DNA of 57,305 bases from Bacteroidales bacterium. GTDB taxonomy: Bacteria > Bacteroidota > Bacteroidia > Bacteroidales > GWA2-32-17. A program made the position numbers and the translations under genes. Each line of letters opens with the position of its first letter. Within the stretch, counting starts at the first letter, position 1. Below are positions 50,879 through 57,305 of this stretch, piece after piece. The notes under the pieces were generated by a model. The model was not told the DNA's origin. It ran no database searches and worked only from the letters and a program-made list of their open reading frames with translations. Location of the stretch: the NCBI GenBank assembly GCA_026417155.1, contig JAOADU010000072.1, positions 1 to 57,305 of the forward strand, in the 5' to 3' direction.

Positions 50879-50934
50879 ATTATGAAAACATCATTCATCA
50901 AATATTAACTTTCGAACTATTTAATTATACTGGT

Positions 50935-51864
50935 ATGGAAAAAATATTTAGTAACTATTCGCTAATACGTCTAATAAGTAAATGGCGACTTCATCTGTTT
51001 ATAGTTTCAATAATCTCTATTGCGTTGGGTGTTTTTATATCTTCGCCTATTGTTATTACACCAAAATATAAATCAACTGCAATCGTTTATCCAACCAATT
51101 TATTTGAATATTCTAAAGAATCTACCACAGAGCAAATGTTTCAAATTCTATTGTCGAGCGATATAAAATTCAAAATGTTAGAAGCCTTTAATCTCGATAA
51201 ACATTATAAACTCGATAGAAAAGATCCACAATTTATTACCCAATATTTAAACGAATATGATGATAATGTAAGCATTAGTAAAACGGAATATGAATCGGTT
51301 GAAATAAAGGTTTTGGATAAAAATCCGAAGCAGGCAGCAGCAATGGTAGATAGCCTTATTAAATTTTACAATCAAAAAGTAGCCGAATTGCACAAAGTAA
51401 AACAAAAAGAAATGATGGAAATTATGAATAAGGCTATGATAGAGAAACAAAAAGAAATAGATTCTATAGAAAATATACTAACAGAAATTCGTTCAAAATA
51501 CAATATTTTGAATTATAATTTACAAAGTGCCGAAATTACCAAAGGCTTACTATCGGGCAATAAACAAGCTGTTGAGATATACAAAAATATGGAATTATAT
51601 GGCGGAAAATTTAAACATTTAGACTCACTTCTAAATAATTACAGAAAGCAGTACCTTGGATATAAATCATCTTACGAAGGGGCATTACGTGAATATAGAA
51701 AGAATATTTCGTATGCACTGGTTGTGCAGAAACCGTTTCCAGCCGATAAAAAATCGTACCCCGTACGTTGGGCAATTACGCTTTTAACTTTTATTGGGGG
51801 CTTTATTATTGCACTAATCGTTATTGCATTTATCGAAAGTAAAAAAGCAAAAGTTGAAGCTTAA
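50935..51864 (+). CDS. Wzz-like polysaccharide co-polymerase (second paralog)
   Basis: ITPKYKSTAIVYP, V.DKNPKQAAAM, PADKKSYPVR and a C-terminal TM. Confidence 0.78.
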   Translation: MEKIFSNYSLIRLISKWRLHLFIVSIISIALGVFISSPIVITPKYKSTAIVYPTNLFEYSKESTTEQMFQILLSSDIKFKMLEAFNLDKHYKLDRKDPQFITQYLNEYDDNVSISKTEYESVEIKVLDKNPKQAAAMVDSLIKFYNQKVAELHKVKQKEMMEIMNKAMIEKQKEIDSIENILTEIRSKYNILNYNLQSAEITKGLLSGNKQAVEIYKNMELYGGKFKHLDSLLNNYRKQYLGYKSSYEGALREYRKNISYALVVQKPFPADKKSYPVRWAITLLTFIGGFIIALIVIAFIESKKAKVEA

Positions 51865-53311
51865 TAAAAAGGATATCATAATACTTTACGCTGTTGTATC
51901 TGTATTTTTGGCTTTAAGTGTTTATTTTGTAGCCAAAAAACAGTTTGTTTTTCTTCTTTCCCCTGTAATTTTATTGTTTTTATTGATTGCAATTTTTTCA
52001 CTCGATAAACTACTTTTGTTTATAGCTTTTGCCACACCCTTATCCCTCCAATTAAGTGAATTTATGCCTGGTCTCCCCATTAATATGTATTTGCCAACCG
52101 AACCTTTATTGTTTGGAATATTATTATTATTTATTCTAAAGCTAATTGTGAGCAAGGGCATTGATTATGAAATATTACGTCATCCTATTTCAATAATCAT
52201 TTTTATTCAATTACTATGGATATTTATTACATCTTTAACGAGCTCAATGCCTATAGTATCGTTAAAATTCTTTTTAGCTCGAGCATGGTTTGTAGTAGGA
52301 TTTTATGTATTAGTAGCACATTTGTTTAAAGAGCAGAAAAACATTGGTCGATATATATGGCTTTATACCGTTTCGTTGATTGTTGTAATAGGATACACTT
52401 TGTATCGCCAATCAAAATATGGCTTTTTCGACCAACAATTTGCCAATATGGCTCCCAATCCTTTTTATAACGATCATACTGCGTATGCTGCTGCATTGGC
52501 TATGATTATTCCATTTATGTTTGGGCTTTTATTCCTAAAAAATTATTCGTATTGGCAAAAAATAGTTGCTTTTATAGTTATAGCTATATTAACTATAGGA
52601 TTGATATTCTCTTATACACGAGCATCATGGTTGAGCATTTTCGTAGCTTTTGGGGCATTTATTATTTTACTATTTAAAATTAAGTTTCGAACCATAGTCC
52701 TTATAACTGTTACTTCTGTTGTTCTTATAGCTTTGGTTTGGACACAACTTATTATGAAGCTTGAAAAAAACCGCCAAGACGCTTCAAGTGATTTTATGGA
52801 ACAACTGCAATCTATTACTAACATAAGCACTGATGTGAGCAATTTGGAACGACTAAACAGGTGGAGTTGTGCATATCGTATGTTTCTCGACAAACCTATA
52901 TTTGGTTGGGGACCAGGCACATACATGTTTAAATATGCTCCATATCAGTTGTCGTACGAAAAAACAAGCATAAGCACTAACTTTGGCGACGTTGGAAATG
53001 CTCATAGTGAATACTTAGGACCTTTATCAGAACAAGGATTTTTGGGATTATTATTAATGCTTGTGTTAGTGTTTACTGTATTATACTATGCTGTGAGTTT
53101 ATATCGTAATTCAACAAACAAGAACGATAAAATTATTGTTTTATCTTCATTAATCGGGCTTATTACGTATTATGTTCATGGAGTGTTAAACAATTTTTTA
53201 GATACCGATAAGCTTTCGGCTCTTTTTTGGGCTTATACGGCAATTATTGTTATTTATGATATAAAAAATCGTCGGCAAAACAAGGAACAAAAAAATGCTA
53301 TTGACACGTAG
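51824..53311 (+). CDS. O-antigen ligase / Wzy_C-family polymerase
   Basis: About 12 TMs; SYTRASW, SNLERLNRW, PIFGWGPG, AHSEYL..LSEQG.LG. Exact start uncertain. Confidence 0.85.
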   Translation: MHLSKVKKQKLKLNKKDIIILYAVVSVFLALSVYFVAKKQFVFLLSPVILLFLLIAIFSLDKLLLFIAFATPLSLQLSEFMPGLPINMYLPTEPLLFGILLLFILKLIVSKGIDYEILRHPISIIIFIQLLWIFITSLTSSMPIVSLKFFLARAWFVVGFYVLVAHLFKEQKNIGRYIWLYTVSLIVVIGYTLYRQSKYGFFDQQFANMAPNPFYNDHTAYAAALAMIIPFMFGLLFLKNYSYWQKIVAFIVIAILTIGLIFSYTRASWLSIFVAFGAFIILLFKIKFRTIVLITVTSVVLIALVWTQLIMKLEKNRQDASSDFMEQLQSITNISTDVSNLERLNRWSCAYRMFLDKPIFGWGPGTYMFKYAPYQLSYEKTSISTNFGDVGNAHSEYLGPLSEQGFLGLLLMLVLVFTVLYYAVSLYRNSTNKNDKIIVLSSLIGLITYYVHGVLNNFLDTDKLSALFWAYTAIIVIYDIKNRRQNKEQKNAIDT

Positions 53312-53348
53312 TTAAAAATTATTTACCTTTACCATAAAGTCGAAAAAT

Positions 53349-54272
53349 ATGAAATGCAGGCTACTTTTTATTTTTATACTTTTTAATATACATAATTCTT
53401 ACAGTCAATCTATCGAAGATAAATACAAATTGCTTCGTCAAACTTTTGATACAATAAAAATTGATTCACTTACTTTTAGCGACTTATATGGCTCACAATT
53501 GGACGAGATATTTTTAGATTTAAAGCAAATTAACGAAGCATATCGCTTTCAGATAGACTCCTTAACAAGCACTTATTCCAAAAATAATGCTTTGCTTACC
53601 GATTTGAATAATAAAAACAAAATGTTTTTGTATTTGCTTATTGCTAGTTGCTCAATTTTGCTCATCATAATTATTGTTTTGATAATAATATTGCTTAAAA
53701 AGTCGGTTTTAAATAAGAAATATCAACATTTATCAATGGAAAATGGGAAGTTGATCGCCGAAATTGACAAAATAAAACAATTACACCAACAGGAACAAGA
53801 ATTATATAAAGAACATTTACAAAAAAATGAAGACGAAAAGCAGAAACTTACAGCAAAAATTCAGCAAATTCAACAGGAAATTAAAACACATCAGGACGAG
53901 AAAATGCAAATGCAAGAAAAAATAAACGAATTACAACAAAAAAATCAGACCTTACATAACGAATTAATGAACGAACAAACAAAATGCGAAGAACTTTCGG
54001 CTCACGTTAATGATTTGCTCGAATTAAAAAGAGAAAAAGAGTTGCTAATTGAACAACTCAAAGCAGAAAATTTACAATTAAAAGAAATAGAATTAAAAGA
54101 TGTATCAACGATTCAAGATTTAGAAAAGCAAATAGAAGAATTAAAAGCCGAGAACAACGAATTGCTTCAGCGTGTTGTTAAAGCTGCCGAAACAGAACAA
54201 AAGGTCAACAATGAATTAAAAAAATTTATTGCCGAGCTTCAGGCTATGTTGCCATTACCAAAGCATGACTAA
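53349..54272 (+). CDS. Hypothetical membrane-anchored coiled-coil protein
   Basis: Signal-like N-terminus, one long TM (MFLYLLIASCSILLIIIIVLIIILL), then about 180 aa of E/K/Q/L-rich heptads. Confidence 0.75.
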   Translation: MKCRLLFIFILFNIHNSYSQSIEDKYKLLRQTFDTIKIDSLTFSDLYGSQLDEIFLDLKQINEAYRFQIDSLTSTYSKNNALLTDLNNKNKMFLYLLIASCSILLIIIIVLIIILLKKSVLNKKYQHLSMENGKLIAEIDKIKQLHQQEQELYKEHLQKNEDEKQKLTAKIQQIQQEIKTHQDEKMQMQEKINELQQKNQTLHNELMNEQTKCEELSAHVNDLLELKREKELLIEQLKAENLQLKEIELKDVSTIQDLEKQIEELKAENNELLQRVVKAAETEQKVNNELKKFIAELQAMLPLPKHD

Positions 54273-54275
54273 TGC

Positions 54276-54308
54276 TATGAAAAAATATCAGTTTTTCATA
54301 TACATTTG
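54276..54308 (+). promoter_or_regulatory. Inverted repeat abutting the gap -7 box
   Basis: TATGAAAAA-N7-TTTTTCATA (54276-54300) immediately followed by TACATTTG (54301-54308). Confidence 0.45.
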
Positions 54309-54309
54309 A

Positions 54310-55335
<1,026 letters not shown>

Positions 55336-55344
55336 AATTTATTT

Positions 55345-55623
55345 ATGGACGAATTGGAAAAATATAAACAAGCTCGGCAACATATAGCCGAGCTTAAGTC
55401 GTTTTATGTACATCTTATTTGGTATGTGATGGCGAATATTTTTTTGGTAATTTATAATTTAGCCACTGTACCAGAAAATTTGTGGTTTTTCTGGGTAATA
55501 TTGTTTTGGTTAGTTGGTTTGTTTTGTCATGCATATGCAGTGTTTTTTAAAGGAAGTATCTTTGGGAAACGATGGGAAGATAAAAAACTGCAAGAACTGA
55601 TAAACAAAGAAACACACCAATGA
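55345..55623 (+). CDS. 2TM-domain protein
   Basis: Y..A...LKSFYVHL..Y...N, W..W..W..GL..H, WEDKK. Confidence 0.85.
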   Translation: MDELEKYKQARQHIAELKSFYVHLIWYVMANIFLVIYNLATVPENLWFFWVILFWLVGLFCHAYAVFFKGSIFGKRWEDKKLQELINKETHQ

Positions 55624-56594
55624 TAGAAGAAAAAATATTTACACACCTAACATTAAATGAATTTGAATCATTAGCGTTAGAAGTTTTCACTTATCAATAC
55701 GAAAAACTTTCTTTATATCGCCATTTTTGCGAATTTCGAAAAAAAACACCACGAACAGTAAAAAATATTTACGAAATTCCTTTTTTACCGATACAATTTT
55801 TTAGAACACATACCATAAATACAAACAATAAGTACGAACTTTTATTTGAAAGTAGCGGAACAACAGCAACGCAAACTTCCAAGCATTATATTTTTTCGGC
55901 ACAATGGTACGAAAAAGCCTGTACCTTATCGTTTCAGCATTTTTATGGAAGCCCTGGCGAGTATTTATGGATTGCATTAATGCCCGACACAACTCAACGT
56001 CAAAATTCTTCGCTTGTTTATATGGCTAATCAATTTGTAAAACTTTCGAAATTCAAAGAAAGTGGCTTTTATTTGAACCGAATGGATAAAGCCTTTGATG
56101 TGTTGCATAAATCCATCGAGCAAAATATACCTACTATCTGTTTAGGATTGACGTATGCATTGCTCGATTTTGCCGAACAATATTCGTTGCCAGCCAATAA
56201 CATAATATTTATGGAAACAGGCGGCATGAAAGGCAAACGACGCGAGTTGCCACGCAAAGAAGTACATCGGATTTTATCGTCGGCATTTGCCGTATCGCAC
56301 ATTCATTCGGAATATGGAATGACCGAACTGTTATCGCAAGCGTATTCGCAAGGAAATGGTTATTTTAATACTCCTCCATGGATGAAAATCATTATTCGCG
56401 ATGAAACCAATCCTTATCACATAAATTTACTAGAGAAAAGAGGAGGCATAAACATTATAGATTTAGCAAACTTGTATTCCTGTTCTTTTATCGAAACCGA
56501 AGATATGGGCATTTTACACAACGATAATACAGTGGAAATATTAGGTCGTTTGAATCAAACTATAGTGAGAGGGTGCAATACAATGATGGAGTAG
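55620..56594 (+). CDS. LuxE-family acyl-protein synthetase / acyltransferase
   Basis: IPFLPIQFF, FESSGTT, METGGMKG, HSEYGMTELLSQAY, IDLAN..SCSFI.T.D.G, LGR...RGC. Confidence 0.88.
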   Translation: MIEEKIFTHLTLNEFESLALEVFTYQYEKLSLYRHFCEFRKKTPRTVKNIYEIPFLPIQFFRTHTINTNNKYELLFESSGTTATQTSKHYIFSAQWYEKACTLSFQHFYGSPGEYLWIALMPDTTQRQNSSLVYMANQFVKLSKFKESGFYLNRMDKAFDVLHKSIEQNIPTICLGLTYALLDFAEQYSLPANNIIFMETGGMKGKRRELPRKEVHRILSSAFAVSHIHSEYGMTELLSQAYSQGNGYFNTPPWMKIIIRDETNPYHINLLEKRGGINIIDLANLYSCSFIETEDMGILHNDNTVEILGRLNQTIVRGCNTMME

Positions 56595-56643
56595 CGAACA
56601 TATAGTGTTTTAAGATGAAATTGAATACAATATTTATCAAAAA

Positions 56644-56890
56644 CTCAGACAGGGATGTCGGAGATAAACTGTAACACTGGCATCCTGCCAGTGAAGAATT
56701 AGTACTCCGACAAGGATGTTGGAGATACTTTGTATTCTGGCATCATGCCTAATCGACATATACAGAACTTAATAATTTTTGAAGAAATTGTTCCCTAATT
56801 TTATGCTACTCAATGATTTAAATTGAGATGCTATTGATTGAGTTTAGGTTAACATTTTGGCAAATATAAATAGTACTTTTAAAACTTAGT
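56644..56890. repeat. Dispersed non-coding repeat with REP-like hairpins, copy 2 (inverted relative to copy 1)
   Basis: Four alternating units: A' 56644-56667, B GTAA-CACTGGC-atcct-GCCAGTG 56671-56693, A CTCCGACA-agga-TGTTGGAG-ATAC 56705-56728, degenerate B' 56732-56753. AT-rich tail is homologous to 40078-40200. Confidence 0.9.
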
Positions 56891-56923
56891 TTTTATTTAT
56901 AAAAATTAGTTTAAATGATTAAT

Positions 56924-56951
56924 AAAAAAAATGGGAAAACTTTTTCCCATT
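56924..56951 (-). terminator. Terminator downstream of the Trp-repeat ORF
   Basis: AATGGGAAAA-ct-TTTTCCCATT with an A-run on its left. Confidence 0.7.
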
Positions 56952-57022
56952 ATATTTTTCTACTTTGAAGATCATATTAGATAGAATGTTATGAAGAAAT
57001 ATAAAAAAGCTATGAATGATTT

Positions 57023-57304
57023 TTAAACAAACGTTATAACTTTGAATGTTCCTTTTAGACGATTGCCGTTAATCCAATATCCATAATACCAATAACCATT
57101 ATTCCAATCTCCATCTATCCAAGTTCCATCATACCAAGTTCCATCATACCATGTTCCTTTTATCCAAGTTCCATCATACCAAGTTCCCTCATACCATGTT
57201 CCTTTTATCCAAGTTCCTTTATACCATGAGCCATTATTCCATGTACCGTTTTTCCATACTCCGTCATACCATGAGCCATTATTCCATGTACCGTTTTTCC
57301 ATAC
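57023..57304 (-). CDS. 3' end of a Trp/Gly pentapeptide-repeat protein (5'-truncated; absent from the ORF track)
   Basis: Manual translation: VWKNG TWNNG SWYDG VWKNG TWNNG SWYKG TWIKG TWYEG TWYDG TWIKG TWYDG TWYDG TWIDG DWNNG YWYYG YWING NRLKG TFKVITFV* (TAA at 57025-57023). Gly codons vary synonymously (gga/ggt/ggc). Confidence 0.85.
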   Translation of the reverse strand, partial: VWKNGTWNNGSWYDGVWKNGTWNNGSWYKGTWIKGTWYEGTWYDGTWIKGTWYDGTWYDGTWIDGDWNNGYWYYGYWINGNRLKGTFKVITFV

Positions 57305-57305
57305 T
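57065..57305. repeat. 15-bp coding tandem repeat with a 45-bp higher-order period
   Basis: 57221-57260 equals 57266-57305 (40/40); 57116-57160 vs 57161-57205 match 44/45. Confidence 0.95.

Noticed and set aside
55620-56594. Bioluminescence (lux) system
   Set aside because: Only a LuxE-like gene is present, with no luxAB/CD; such genes are common in non-luminous Bacteroidota.
56644-56753. Mini-CRISPR (palindromic units about 61 bp apart)
   Set aside because: The sequences between units are themselves a second repeated hairpin, the units are degenerate, and there are no cas genes. A REP/BIME model fits better.
57065-57305. Possible CRISPR array or DGR template/variable repeat
   Set aside because: Units are contiguous 15-mers with no unique spacers and keep a W..G reading frame. 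The duplicated blocks differ at only one position, and no cas or reverse transcriptase gene is in the window.

Overview
AT-rich chromosomal window from a Bacteroidota (Bacteroidales-like) bacterium. The assignment rests on the gene set (fused secDF, DUF4290-murA, ftsK-lolA, a PorE-like OmpA protein, a T9SS-secreted PKD protein) and on many TAnnTTTG -7 promoter boxes. Most of the window is housekeeping: the 3' part of rpoA, rplQ, two tRNA-Gln, class II RNR (nrdJ), pepE, secDF, rarA, pcrA/uvrD, murA, tcdA, ftsK, lolA, purM, prfA, pyrF, rsmA and gap, plus surface-polysaccharide genes. No CRISPR array, integrase or transposase is visible. The most interesting signals are: (1) an unannotated, 5'-truncated minus-strand ORF at the right edge made of 16 tandem x-W-x-x-G pentapeptides with a 45-bp super-period; (2) a ~215-250 bp non-coding repeat present twice in inverted orientation (40078-40292 and 56644-56890), carrying two types of REP-like hairpin; (3) a glutaryl-CoA dehydrogenase / alpha + beta-gamma-fused 2-oxoacid:ferredoxin oxidoreductase / dipeptidase cluster that, with a nearby crotonase-HAD-HDCF thiolase operon, could form an anaerobic 2-oxoadipate route; (4) a stand-alone degenerate-HNH + AP2-domain gene; (5) clusters of a DnaA-box-like TTWTYAACA motif upstream of nrdJ and other replication or envelope genes. 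All calls come from reading motifs by eye; no database searches were run.
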